Shown here piece after piece: positions 29,299 through 39,425 of a stretch of DNA of 64,000 nt (position 1 is its first letter; each line of letters opens with the position of its first letter). Where the stretch lies: positions 40,435 to 104,434 of the forward strand of contig DIEX01000011.1 in NCBI GenBank assembly GCA_002418835.1. Direction: 5' to 3'. The notes beneath the pieces are model-generated. The model was not told the DNA's origin. It searched no databases and saw nothing but the letters and a program-made list of their open reading frames with translations. The DNA comes from Spirochaetia bacterium UBA5763. Its GTDB lineage: Bacteria > Spirochaetota > UBA4802 > UBA5550. Both the position numbers and the translations under genes were made by a program.

Positions 29299-30576
29299 TT
29301 AATCCTTAACTTTTACAAGGGAAGTTTTCTTCCCTTTCTTTATCTTCTTTCTGTCTAGAGGTTCACCCTCCCATGCCTTTTCAAGAACCATAAGCGCATC
29401 TTTATAATCAAGATCCTCAGGATTATAAACCATGGCTCCGTCATTCAGTGAAAGAAGCGCAATATCAGAGAGCACCTCTCTTGGCACCATCATATTGCCG
29501 TCTCTATCTACAATCTCTTTCAGACATGTGGGATGTTTCCCCCCTGTAGCTTTTCTGAGATCTGAATTCATTTCCCTTATTGCTTTGATAGTAAGAAGAG
29601 GGCGCTCCTCAGCCTTCGCGCTGTTATATGCCTCTGCTCCTTTCAGAGGGAAGAGGAGTTCACCTGTGAGGTGGCCTGTTTTATGCAGATTATACTCAAG
29701 CCCGTAGGGAAGCAGCACACTCATGCAAACGCCGTGGGGCACATGACATATTGCTCCGATAGAATGGCCTATCGCATGAATCATCCCCACCATGGAATTC
29801 GAAAAACTCATCCCTGCAAGAGCTGAAGCATTAGCAAGCGCAAGGCGCGCCTGCATATCACCCGGCTTTTTTACTCCCTGCATAATATTTTCGCTTATCA
29901 GTTTTATAGCCATTACAGCAGTTGAATCACTGAGAGGATTTTTTGAAAGGCAGGTATATGCCTCACATGCATGAGTCATGGCATCCATAGCAGTAAAAGC
30001 AGTAAGTGCTGCGGGCAGGGTCTTTGTCATCCGTGAATCGAGCACGGCAAAATCAGGGAGAAGAAAGAGAGACGGGAATAGCATCTTCACATCGCGCTCA
30101 TGATCAGCTATTACAGCAACCAGTGTCATCTCTGAGCCTGTGCCGGAAGTTGTTGGAACAGCAATTAAAGGTTTCAGCCTCCTCTTAAGTGCGCCAAACC
30201 CCACAAAATTCATGAGGTTGTCCGAATTCTCAGAAACCAGAATATTCACACCCTTGGCTGTATCAAGAACCGAACCTCCGCCTACAGCAATGATAGAATC
30301 ACACTTCGCAGCCCTGTACTTTGCAGCTATATCTTTCACTGTTTTTACATCTGAGTCAGCCGGTACATCGTCATATATCCCTCCGGCCTTCACCTTTGCT
30401 CCAAGGGCTTTCTTCACAGGCTCAATGAGCCCTGCCCCGTTAACTCCCCTGTCAGTAATAATCATCGGCTTCACGGAATTCACAGAGGCAAGCATTTCAG
30501 GCAGTTTATCAAGAGCATTATGCCCTGAAACTGTTTTTACTTTATTGCAAAATTCATAATATCCCGGTATCTGCAT
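29299..30576 (-). CDS. Iron-containing (group III) alcohol dehydrogenase
   Basis: 425 aa. Fe-ADH fold with a GGGSV(L)D-type NAD-binding loop and His-rich metal site (HAIGHSIG...HG). AAGGAG RBS. Confidence 0.85.
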   Translation of the reverse strand: MQIPGYYEFCNKVKTVSGHNALDKLPEMLASVNSVKPMIITDRGVNGAGLIEPVKKALGAKVKAGGIYDDVPADSDVKTVKDIAAKYRAAKCDSIIAVGGGSVLDTAKGVNILVSENSDNLMNFVGFGALKRRLKPLIAVPTTSGTGSEMTLVAVIADHERDVKMLFPSLFLLPDFAVLDSRMTKTLPAALTAFTAMDAMTHACEAYTCLSKNPLSDSTAVMAIKLISENIMQGVKKPGDMQARLALANASALAGMSFSNSMVGMIHAIGHSIGAICHVPHGVCMSVLLPYGLEYNLHKTGHLTGELLFPLKGAEAYNSAKAEERPLLTIKAIREMNSDLRKATGGKHPTCLKEIVDRDGNMMVPREVLSDIALLSLNDGAMVYNPEDLDYKDALMVLEKAWEGEPLDRKKIKKGKKTSLVKVKD

Positions 30577-30605
30577 TATTCGCTCCTTTATCAGTTATCA
30601 CGCCA

Positions 30606-31148
30606 TCAGAATGTAAATGTTCTTACATAGACCAGCACGCGGCCGGCATATTTTCTCATAGGACTCATCTGTGACCACTTCGGATATCTCTTCACTGCGA
30701 AAGAAGTAATAATCTTCGGGAGGAGATAAGTCTCCACAATATTCAGTATCCTGATAAAGGCCATTGTATCAGGAACATTCCCTGAAACAGCAAGCCTGTT
30801 GTTCGCGGAAGCCACACATGTGGATTCCTGGAAAGTAAACATCAGCATCGCACCTTCGATATTCTTTACTTTCATGTCGAGAGTGATCTTCTTCCCCTTA
30901 GGGTTCCATCCCATGTATTTAACCTTTCCGTTTTTATCCTTACCCACAATCATTCCGGGGCCGGAGGGGAGCACATGGAGGTGCATCATGAAATCATCAC
31001 TGAGCCGTCCGAACTCCTCTTTCACTTCGCGGTCAACACGTGACGCTGCCTGTATAGCACGCCCCACAATCCAGAGCATAACAGCAACGTATATCTTTTT
31101 TATGAGCTTCCCCCCGCTCTTAATCTCAGGGTATTTATTAATATTCAT
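30606..31148 (-). CDS. Hypothetical protein between the two Fe-ADH genes
   Basis: 180 aa with an N-terminal hydrophobic segment and no recognisable motif. Start overlaps the upstream ADH stop (ATGA). Confidence 0.4.
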   Translation of the reverse strand: MNINKYPEIKSGGKLIKKIYVAVMLWIVGRAIQAASRVDREVKEEFGRLSDDFMMHLHVLPSGPGMIVGKDKNGKVKYMGWNPKGKKITLDMKVKNIEGAMLMFTFQESTCVASANNRLAVSGNVPDTMAFIRILNIVETYLLPKIITSFAVKRYPKWSQMSPMRKYAGRVLVYVRTFTF

Positions 31149-32320
31149 TATTTTTTACCTCCGGATACTCTTTCTCCATTATATGCAGATTCGAGAATCA
31201 TCAATGCCCCGCCTTTGCCGTACTGTTTTGCAAAGCTGTCCTCAACAGCCTCCGCAGTGCTTTCAAGAATATAACGGGGAATATTCAGTTCCTTAAGCGT
31301 AACCGGTATATACTTATTCATACCTTTCACTATTTCGAAAACTGCTTCCACTCCAAGGAGCCCCCTCTCTGTTTCAGCAGCAGCGCAGTAACGATCAATC
31401 CCAGCAACCGGAAGAAGGAGCTCACCCCTCACACTTTTTTTTGTATTCTTAAGCTTATAATCAAGTGTATGCGGAAGGAGTACAGCAGCACAAAGCTCCC
31501 TGCTGTTACCTGTTCTAACCGCCAGTTCCTCAGCAAGAGCAGAACCTATACCTTCAGGGGCATTTGACCAGACGATTCCGGAGATCGCTATACCATTAGC
31601 AAGTCCCAGTACTGATTTCACGGAACCGCCATTAACTGCTGCTGCAAGATTTTCACAAATCAGCTGTATTGATGCAAATGCAAATGAATCATTCATCGGG
31701 TTGGCCGCATCTTCAGTACATGCTTCAACAGCCTCTGCCATTGCCCTCAGAGCGGGGAGTATTGTTTCAGCCTTCCCCCTTTTTTTCAGCATCCTCGGAT
31801 CAATCACAGCAATATCAGGCATAAGTTCATCAGATTCATAGATACGCCCGTCTATGACGCTCCGCGTGGAAGTCTCTCTCCCTGAAGAGTCAGACGTGGG
31901 GATAACAATAAAGGGACACAGATGCATATTATCTGGGAGTGAATCAAACTGCAGGAGATCTTCAGTTTTATGCGAAACCAGCAGGTTCAGTGCCTTTGCT
32001 GCAAATGCGCAGCTCTCACCACCGATTGATATTATAGAATCGCAGCCGCGGGCCCTGAAAAGCCGGGCTGCATCAAGCACTGTCTTTGCTGAAGTATATG
32101 CTGTTACCCCATCAAAGACCGCGCCAATCACAAGCCCTGAATCACCATATGCATCAATAAGTATCTTTACAAGGCCTTCATCAACCGATCTTTTATCGGT
32201 GATTACAAGCGGCTTCACTGCATCCATGCTCTGCAGTTCATAAGGGATATTCTCAAGAGACTTCTTCCCTGATACTATCCTTGTTTTATTAAAAAATTTA
32301 AAGTAATCCGGTATCTGCAT
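31148..32320 (-). CDS. Iron-containing alcohol dehydrogenase, paralogue 2
   Basis: 390 aa. Same N-terminus as the other ADH (MQIPDYFKFFNK vs MQIPGYYEFCNK). Located 3 nt after the AOR stop. Confidence 0.8.
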   Translation of the reverse strand: MQIPDYFKFFNKTRIVSGKKSLENIPYELQSMDAVKPLVITDKRSVDEGLVKILIDAYGDSGLVIGAVFDGVTAYTSAKTVLDAARLFRARGCDSIISIGGESCAFAAKALNLLVSHKTEDLLQFDSLPDNMHLCPFIVIPTSDSSGRETSTRSVIDGRIYESDELMPDIAVIDPRMLKKRGKAETILPALRAMAEAVEACTEDAANPMNDSFAFASIQLICENLAAAVNGGSVKSVLGLANGIAISGIVWSNAPEGIGSALAEELAVRTGNSRELCAAVLLPHTLDYKLKNTKKSVRGELLLPVAGIDRYCAAAETERGLLGVEAVFEIVKGMNKYIPVTLKELNIPRYILESTAEAVEDSFAKQYGKGGALMILESAYNGERVSGGKK

Positions 32321-32323
32321 ATA

Positions 32324-34198
32324 TCACACCGCCATTCTTTTCTTTATTTTAAGTCGTCTTACAGTTCTCTCTTTAGGGATTCCGTTTTTATCAAAACCCC
32401 GGACAAAGTAATACCTGTTAAGCATCTTTTCAAGGGGGATCGCCCTCTCCTTTGAATCGCACTTGCGGAATTCATTAAGCAGCCTGTCAGGAAGTGTATC
32501 ATCCTTGCGTGAAATCCCCTCAGCACAGTTCATCACCCTTTCAAGCACCTGCACCCTTGCACCCACACGGAGAAACGCTGTCATACCAAGCCTGTTCCCT
32601 ATTACGGCAGACCAGAGTTCAGGCCAGAGGCTCACATCAACAAATCTCATGGCAACACCTGCCATAAGGTTCATCATAAATTTAAGGACAGGCCTTGGCG
32701 AATACTTCATCAGCAGCGTTTCCAGCTCATATGGGAAGACTGTGAACACACAGGTCTGAAGGGAGTTTATGGCTGAGTAGATATCCTCCTGATACTTCAC
32801 CATTGATGCCTTACTCCTGTACGAGTAGGCATCCATGAGACCGAGATATACCTCAAGCCCGAATGCCGTTGCCGACAGGTGACATGCCCCCCTGTTTGCA
32901 ACAGCATAAGAGAGTCCCTGACCGAATGCGCCCCTGGGATCATAAGCCGCCATCTCAAGCCCCTTGACCTGAATCGCGAAATCCTCTCCGCCATATTTTT
33001 TTGAGCAGTATCTTGAACCCATTGCGAGGTCTTTCCCTATACCCTTCATATGAGCTATATCTTTTAAAACTTCGCATACACCATCTGCTGACCCGAACTT
33101 CAGATCTGACTTAAACAACCCCCGTTCTGTAGCCTCCATTGCCCATGCGATTGTTCCACCCGCTGTAATTGTATCCATGCCCATAAGTGTACATATCTCG
33201 TTGAAATCAGAAATCTTCACAGGGTCAAATATCTCAAGGTTTGACCCCATGAGCCCCACAGTTTCATATTCGGGGATCTGCCTCATCTGGCCGTTAATGT
33301 TACCCTTGTGGCCGCAGAGTATCGTACAGGGTTTGCATGTACTGTAGGAGGTCTTGAACTTCTCGGCCATCTCCTCTCCTGAAATTTTATGCGCCTCTCC
33401 GTGAGTCCCCCCTGTAAAATTTCTCACAGGGAGGAGCCCCCCTGCATTGTTGAGATTAACATTGGCATTGGTTCCGAAGTTCCTGTAGCTCCCTGCGGAG
33501 ATATCATTCCCGTTTATGTAATCTGTGGCTTTCTTCTTTGCCTTCTCAAATTTTTTCTGGTTTACAGGGAGAATTTTAAACTCCTTACCCTTCGCGGATA
33601 TTGCTTTGAGATTTTTCGAGCCCATTACTGCTCCCATCCCTCCGCGCCCCAGGAACCTGTGGCCTGAAGCGACATTGGCGTAAAGCACAAGGTTCTCTCC
33701 GGCAGGGCCGATTGCAAGCGCTCCGCCTGAATCTTTAGAAATCTCCTCCTGGGTCTTCTGTGTGTCCATTCCCCAGAGTTTTTTTGCATCCCTGAACTCA
33801 ACTCCCTTTGAATCCACATAGAGATAAACCGGGGTATTTGACTTACCTTTAACAATAAGGCCATCCCATCCTGAAGTCTTCAGAGCCATGCCGAAAGCCC
33901 CTCCGCATGAACATGATGTCATAATCCCTGTAAGAGGTGACTTCGTTACAGCTGCAAACCTCCCGGAGCATGGAGCCCCTGTGCCCAGCAGCACCCCTGT
34001 ATGTATTGCGATCATGTTATCCTCGCCAAGCGGATCAATACCCGGCTCCATTCTGTCATAAAGCATTTTCAGAGCCAGACCCTTACCGCCTAGGTAGAGC
34101 TTCAGATCCTCCTTCGGAACTTCATATACGCTGAAGCTCTTTTTTGTCAGGTTAACTTCAAGGATCCTGTTGCTTGTGCCGGTTATCTCCTGCATCAC
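32324..34198 (-). CDS. Aldehyde:ferredoxin oxidoreductase (tungsten/molybdopterin AOR family)
   Basis: 624 aa. Characteristic AOR N-terminal domain (RILEVNLTK...YLGGKGLALKML...TGVLLGTGAPCSGRFAAVTKSPLTG) and C-terminal alpha domains with Cys ligands. AGGAG RBS. Confidence 0.9.
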   Translation of the reverse strand: MMQEITGTSNRILEVNLTKKSFSVYEVPKEDLKLYLGGKGLALKMLYDRMEPGIDPLGEDNMIAIHTGVLLGTGAPCSGRFAAVTKSPLTGIMTSCSCGGAFGMALKTSGWDGLIVKGKSNTPVYLYVDSKGVEFRDAKKLWGMDTQKTQEEISKDSGGALAIGPAGENLVLYANVASGHRFLGRGGMGAVMGSKNLKAISAKGKEFKILPVNQKKFEKAKKKATDYINGNDISAGSYRNFGTNANVNLNNAGGLLPVRNFTGGTHGEAHKISGEEMAEKFKTSYSTCKPCTILCGHKGNINGQMRQIPEYETVGLMGSNLEIFDPVKISDFNEICTLMGMDTITAGGTIAWAMEATERGLFKSDLKFGSADGVCEVLKDIAHMKGIGKDLAMGSRYCSKKYGGEDFAIQVKGLEMAAYDPRGAFGQGLSYAVANRGACHLSATAFGLEVYLGLMDAYSYRSKASMVKYQEDIYSAINSLQTCVFTVFPYELETLLMKYSPRPVLKFMMNLMAGVAMRFVDVSLWPELWSAVIGNRLGMTAFLRVGARVQVLERVMNCAEGISRKDDTLPDRLLNEFRKCDSKERAIPLEKMLNRYYFVRGFDKNGIPKERTVRRLKIKKRMAV

Positions 34199-34246
34199 AT
34201 TTCTCCTTCATTTTTTATTTTTGTTTAACAGGCTTGTTGAGGAGGT

Positions 34247-34501
34247 TCATCCCCCTCCTGATATTTTAAGACATGAAATCTCTGCGGATTCCATAAATTT
34301 CGTGCGTAGATTAATTCTCTCCCCTCCTGAAAAAAAAGCGTATCCGGAAAGTTTCTGAAGCCCTGAATCAGCAATAATATTCTTCAGCTTTGTTCCCTTA
34401 TTAACTTTGATTATTACCCCGGAATTAACATTATAATCCGGAATTTTTAGCTCTTTTTCCAGACCGGAGTACAGTTTTAATGTAATTATTATATCTTCCA
34501 T
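34247..34501 (-). CDS. MoaD/ThiS-like sulfur-carrier (beta-grasp) protein ending in Gly-Gly-Gly
   Basis: 84 aa whose C-terminus FFSGGERINLRTKFMESAEISCLKISGGG matches the MoaD pattern vNGEyV.L.T.L.DGDEV.I.PPVSGG. Lies directly upstream of AOR. No good RBS. Confidence 0.5.
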   Translation of the reverse strand: MEDIIITLKLYSGLEKELKIPDYNVNSGVIIKVNKGTKLKNIIADSGLQKLSGYAFFSGGERINLRTKFMESAEISCLKISGGG

Positions 34502-34621
34502 AAAATTTTAAATGAATAATCAAATTCAGGACAGTCTATGCTATTATTAACAGAAATTCCGGAGAGATCGTCCGAATCTATATATCCGGACAGATTTTTT
34601 ATGAAAACCGGAGAAAATAAC

Positions 34622-35716
34622 TCATTTCACTGTTTTACTTTTGCGGAACTCAAGGGGGGTAATCCCTGCAATTTTTGTGAAGGCATCGTAGAAGGTGGAT
34701 TTTGAATTGAAACCTGCTTCATAGGCGATATTGAGCACAGTCCACTCTGTTTTTTCGAGAAGAAGTTCCTTGGCGTATTCAACGCGGTAGGTATTTACGA
34801 AAGTATTAAAATTCATATTAAGTCTTTCATTAAGAAGCTGCGACAGCTGGTGGTGGGTTATATCGAGGATAATTGCCACATCCTTCAGTGTAATCTCCTC
34901 ATTAAGGAAAAGCCTTTCACTCTTCATAATTGCATCAAGACTCACCATCAGAGTATCGACATCAACCCCTTTTAAAAGAGATCTCGAATAATTCCCCTTC
35001 TTTACATTCATGGAGAGGAGTTGAAGAAAATGAGGATACCTGATGCTCACAAGGTAAGTAAAGATAAAACATATTGAGATCAATATAGCGCTATACCTTA
35101 TAAAACCGCTGTCACCGGCAAGATACCCTGGAACCGCAAGGAGGGTTGACATGGTTGATCCGATAGAATAAAGAAACGTTATACATACAATATTATTCCC
35201 CTCCCCTGCTTTTAACGAAGGAACGAGTATCTTTATAAGTGCAAGATGATACATAAGCATCTGAAAAAGCCCCCCTGCCGCAGTCAGTTTGAATATCAGT
35301 ACACCTGCGGAGTTGCTGCCGGAAAAAAATTCATGAACAATGGCAATCTTGATTTCCCGGTCAAGCATTACGAGGTATGTGTCCAGTATCAGGGCAAGAA
35401 GCGCCGGAAGAAAAAAAAGATAGAACCTTCGCGGAGGCTCAACTCCGGGGAAAGCAACAACATAATAAGCATAATAGAGTACCGGCGAAAAAACAAAGAT
35501 CACCGTTGAATGATACGATATAAGCTCCGGCCTTACAAGAATCGAATGAGTAACTACAGAATAAAACTGAAGAAGTATAACCCCCATAAGGCTGAAGAGA
35601 ATAAAAAGATTAATATTCTCCCTCTTCCTCTTTTTCACAACAAGCTGCCCTGCTGCTGTGAGGAAACAGGAAAGTCCTGAAAAGAATATGAAGTTTTCTG
35701 AAATTGTAATCATCAA
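34622..35716 (-). CDS. Membrane-embedded AraC-family transcriptional regulator (polytopic N-domain plus HTH_AraC)
   Basis: 364 aa. ~250 aa with 6-7 TM helices, then the AraC HTH (LKDVAIILDITHHQLSQLLNERL...IAYEAGFNSKSTFYDAFTKIAGITPLEFRK). Confidence 0.75.
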   Translation of the reverse strand: MMITISENFIFFSGLSCFLTAAGQLVVKKRKRENINLFILFSLMGVILLQFYSVVTHSILVRPELISYHSTVIFVFSPVLYYAYYVVAFPGVEPPRRFYLFFLPALLALILDTYLVMLDREIKIAIVHEFFSGSNSAGVLIFKLTAAGGLFQMLMYHLALIKILVPSLKAGEGNNIVCITFLYSIGSTMSTLLAVPGYLAGDSGFIRYSAILISICFIFTYLVSIRYPHFLQLLSMNVKKGNYSRSLLKGVDVDTLMVSLDAIMKSERLFLNEEITLKDVAIILDITHHQLSQLLNERLNMNFNTFVNTYRVEYAKELLLEKTEWTVLNIAYEAGFNSKSTFYDAFTKIAGITPLEFRKSKTVK

Positions 35717-35888
35717 AATTCACCGCCGCTGGAAATATTACAATATGCAGCGGCTTAACTTCAAGCGTTTTCTCACTGAAGGAATAACATTTCAGGTAAA
35801 TATATTTCATTTAAGCTTTCGCAGAAAGTTGATTATCTTATAATTTGTAATTACTATAGAATAAAGATTACCGGAATGAAATTCTGAC

Positions 35889-38534
35889 ATGACAGAGATA
35901 TACCAAAAAACACCAAAAAGAGATCTCCTGCTTAAACCTCTGGTATCCATAATTCTTCTTGCGTGTATAACCATAGGCACGTTTCTTTTTCTTCATCAGC
36001 AGTGGATAGAATCTCTCTCAGAAGAGGTTGAACTTCAGCACCGTCAGAATATCTCACAGATTGCAGGGATAGCCAGAAACACAATAGAACCGATCCTCAT
36101 TCATTATCGCTTGGGTAAAATCAGCCGCAGCGATGCTGTCATGGCGATACGTAAAACAGTACGGCAGATGACTTACAAAGATCAATATGGTGATAACTAT
36201 GTTTTTATGAGCTCTTATAACGGCATAATGCTTGTACAGCCTTTCGAGCCTCACAAGGAGATGACAAATCAATGGGATCTGCGTGACAGCAACAGGGTAT
36301 ATATAATCAGGGAACTGGTTAAAGCCGCAAAGACATCCCCCGAAGGTTCCTTCGTAAAATATCATTACTACCTCCCCAGTGTACATTCTCTCCAGGAGAA
36401 ACTGGCTTATGTTATCGGTATACCTGAACTTGAATGTTATATAGGAACAGGTATGTATATGCAGAGGGCAATTCAGGAGCAGAAAGATATTCTGAAAAGA
36501 GTTAAATTCAGCTCCATCCTGTTTTTTATAGCTATACTCATCCCCCTTTCACTGGCCATCCTCTTTATACTGAACAGAAACCATCTCCTCTTAAACGAAA
36601 TCAGTTCACGCGAAGCAGCCGAAAATGAGCTGAAAAAGAGTGAAGAGAAATACCGATCGATTTTTGAAAACGTACCCCAGGGGATTTACCAGACAGAACC
36701 TGACGGGCGCTTCAGAAATGCCAATAAAACTCTGGCGAAAATGTACGGTTATTATTCAGCCGAAGATATGATTAAAAACACTTATAGTGTAGCAGAACAG
36801 TATTACGCGGAGCCATGCTACAGGGAAAACTTTCTGAAGATTATGAAAGAGAAGGGTTATGTTGAAAAATTTCTTACGCGGTTTAAAAGGATAGATGGCA
36901 CCTTTTTCTGGGGGACAAATAACGCAAGGGAAGTAAAAGATGAATCAGGGAATATTCTTTACTATGAAGGATCAATCGAAGACATAACAACTCTGATAGA
37001 AGCTGAAGCAAGGGCAAAACAGTCCGAAGAAAAATTTTCTAAAATATTTCTGACTTCACCTGAATTAGTTGCCATAACCCGCCTCCATGACGGAAAATTT
37101 ATCGATGTTAATCCCGGATTTGAAAAGATAACAGGCTGGAAAAAAGAGGAAGTCATGGGTCTGACCTCCCTTGACATTAAATTCTGGAATGATATATCGC
37201 ATAGACAGAAGATGTTTGATGAACTTAAAACTGCGGGGAGTGTGCTTTACAGGGAAGTCGCTTTCAGACGCAAAGACGGCTCAGTGGGCAACGGGATATA
37301 CTCAGCCAGGACAATTACCATAGCTGATGAAGAATGCCTTGTATTTGCCATGCACGATATTACCGAAAGAAAACAATTAGCCGAAGAACAGCGTAAACTG
37401 GAACAGCAGCTTTACCATTCACAGAAGATGGACGCCATAGGCAAGCTCGCAGGGGGAGTGGCCCACGACTTCAACAACATGCTTGCGGGTATTCAGGGCC
37501 TTGTGTCACTGATGCTTATTAAATGCTCTCCAGATGACCCAATGCATAAAAGGCTGACAAAAATCGAGGAGCAGATAAAGAGAGGCTCATCCCTCACAAA
37601 ACAGCTTCTCAACCTTGCGCATGAAAGTAAAAATGAAAAAACTACACTAGACATCAATGAACTTCTCAATAAAAGCGTTGAGATTTTCACTGAAGCAAAA
37701 AAAGGTATTGAGATCAATTTTAAACCGGGGAGCAATATTCATCCGGTTGAAGCTGACGCAGGGCAGATAGATCAGGTTATCCTCAATCTTTTCATCAACG
37801 CAGATCACGCGATGCCTGATGGAGGTTCTATTACACTTCAGACATCTGAAATTACTATAAACGAAAGTGATTCAAAAAGATTTGCACTGAAGCCCGGCGA
37901 CTATGTAAAGATATCTGTGTCTGATACCGGCACAGGGATGGACAGCGAAACAGTAAAAAAAATCTTTGAGCCATTCTTCACCACAAAAACCGAAAGAGGG
38001 GGCACAGGTCTCGGACTCGCTTCAGCATACGGGATTATACGGAACCATGAGGGGATAATCAGCGTTTACAGCGAACCGGGCCACGGAAGTACATTTAATA
38101 TTTATCTTCCTTCGTCATGCAAAGTAATTAAAAAAGAGAGGCTCCCGGCAAAGAATATTTTTTACGGCAGCGGCACCATACTTATCGTTGATGATGAACT
38201 GCCGATACTTGAAGCAGTTTCCGAGATGCTTAATATACTGGGGTACAGGGCTTTGCAGGCATCTTCCGGGGAGGATGCTGTCTCAATTTACAGGGAGGAG
38301 AAAGATACCATCAATCTGGTGATACTGGATATGATAATGCCTGTGATGAGCGGTTCTCAGGTGCTCAAGGCTCTTCGTGAGATTAATCCTGACGTCAGAG
38401 TCATACTCTCCAGCGGATACGTTATGCAGGGGAACGCGGTTAAAGTTCTTGAATATGAACACAGCAATTTTATGCAGAAACCGTACAGTATTACCGACCT
38501 CTCAAGGATTGTGCACGATGCACTGAATTCATAA
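35889..38534 (+). CDS. Hybrid sensor histidine kinase (Cache-like periplasmic domain, PAS, HisKA, HATPase, REC)
   Basis: 881 aa. TM helix, ~150 aa extracytoplasmic domain, second TM helix, PAS repeats. H-box GGVAHDFNNMLAGI, G-box GTGLGLA. Receiver ILIVDDELPILEAV. Confidence 0.85.
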   Translation: MTEIYQKTPKRDLLLKPLVSIILLACITIGTFLFLHQQWIESLSEEVELQHRQNISQIAGIARNTIEPILIHYRLGKISRSDAVMAIRKTVRQMTYKDQYGDNYVFMSSYNGIMLVQPFEPHKEMTNQWDLRDSNRVYIIRELVKAAKTSPEGSFVKYHYYLPSVHSLQEKLAYVIGIPELECYIGTGMYMQRAIQEQKDILKRVKFSSILFFIAILIPLSLAILFILNRNHLLLNEISSREAAENELKKSEEKYRSIFENVPQGIYQTEPDGRFRNANKTLAKMYGYYSAEDMIKNTYSVAEQYYAEPCYRENFLKIMKEKGYVEKFLTRFKRIDGTFFWGTNNAREVKDESGNILYYEGSIEDITTLIEAEARAKQSEEKFSKIFLTSPELVAITRLHDGKFIDVNPGFEKITGWKKEEVMGLTSLDIKFWNDISHRQKMFDELKTAGSVLYREVAFRRKDGSVGNGIYSARTITIADEECLVFAMHDITERKQLAEEQRKLEQQLYHSQKMDAIGKLAGGVAHDFNNMLAGIQGLVSLMLIKCSPDDPMHKRLTKIEEQIKRGSSLTKQLLNLAHESKNEKTTLDINELLNKSVEIFTEAKKGIEINFKPGSNIHPVEADAGQIDQVILNLFINADHAMPDGGSITLQTSEITINESDSKRFALKPGDYVKISVSDTGTGMDSETVKKIFEPFFTTKTERGGTGLGLASAYGIIRNHEGIISVYSEPGHGSTFNIYLPSSCKVIKKERLPAKNIFYGSGTILIVDDELPILEAVSEMLNILGYRALQASSGEDAVSIYREEKDTINLVILDMIMPVMSGSQVLKALREINPDVRVILSSGYVMQGNAVKVLEYEHSNFMQKPYSITDLSRIVHDALNS

Positions 38535-38582
38535 CGGGTAAAGAATAAAAATTATTTCTTTTTCATAGACTCCGCGCATACA

Positions 38583-38951
38583 TCACCCTCCTCCGCGGCT
38601 TCGAGCCATTTTTTTTAATTCAGAAGTCCGGGCTTCGGTGAGATCTTTCAGAAGAAAAAGCTGACACATGGTACGGGTAGAACCGGCTTTGCTGTTGTAA
38701 TCATGGAACTTAAGTTTAACCTCTGCATCACGGAATTTAATCCAGAGAGCCTGCGATTCCTTCAGGTTCCGGATAAATACTTTATCAGATTTATACTCTT
38801 TCAGAATCTTATTGTAGACTTCATTAATGGCTGTATCAGCAAGCTTATAATCCTGAAGCGCGGCGTAGGTCATTTCACTTTGTGTCTGGGGATAGAGATT
38901 TATTGAGAACAGAAGTGCCGTGAGAATAAATAATACTTTGTACTGTTTCAT
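38583..38951 (-). CDS. DUF1311 (LprI lysozyme-inhibitor-like) periplasmic protein
   Basis: Signal peptide. Motifs AINEVYNKILKEY, QALWIKFRDAEVKLKF and a conserved Cys (TRTMCQLFLLKDLTEARTSEL), typical of DUF1311. Confidence 0.55.
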   Translation of the reverse strand: MKQYKVLFILTALLFSINLYPQTQSEMTYAALQDYKLADTAINEVYNKILKEYKSDKVFIRNLKESQALWIKFRDAEVKLKFHDYNSKAGSTRTMCQLFLLKDLTEARTSELKKMARSRGGG

Positions 38952-38957
38952 TAAATG

Positions 38958-39425
38958 CTAATCCTCTTTTATGAATTCAAGAAACTTCACATCACATTTC
39001 TTAAAGCATACATACTGATTTAAAGAATTTCCATAATTCTGTACAGTAATTTTTCCTTCAGAGTATAGTCCCTCTATTGCCGCATTATCTCCGCTCCGTT
39101 TTGTACCTGTGAAAGCAAGATATATATTCTTCCCATCCTTAACAACAGAAAGTTTACCTGAATTTTTCACACCTTTGCCGGTTATTGAATAGGTATATCC
39201 GCTGTTATCTTTTTTAATTGTTATAACAATATCACAAACCTGATTATCAGAGAGTTTATAAACTCCGGAGTAATCAACATCAACGGATTTACTCTCAGTC
39301 ATACCGGTCTTTCCGGCTCCATTATTCCTAGAAGATTTACTGACGGCACAGGATATTACTGTCATTGTTACAACAATAACCAGAGAGACTACTGAAAGAG
39401 CTGATAAAGATTTCTGAATTTTCAT
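38958..39425 (-). CDS. Hypothetical lipoprotein
   Basis: 155 aa with a lipobox-like VISCA after the signal peptide, and two Cys pairs. Operonic with the genes on either side. Confidence 0.45.
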   Translation of the reverse strand: MKIQKSLSALSVVSLVIVVTMTVISCAVSKSSRNNGAGKTGMTESKSVDVDYSGVYKLSDNQVCDIVITIKKDNSGYTYSITGKGVKNSGKLSVVKDGKNIYLAFTGTKRSGDNAAIEGLYSEGKITVQNYGNSLNQYVCFKKCDVKFLEFIKED

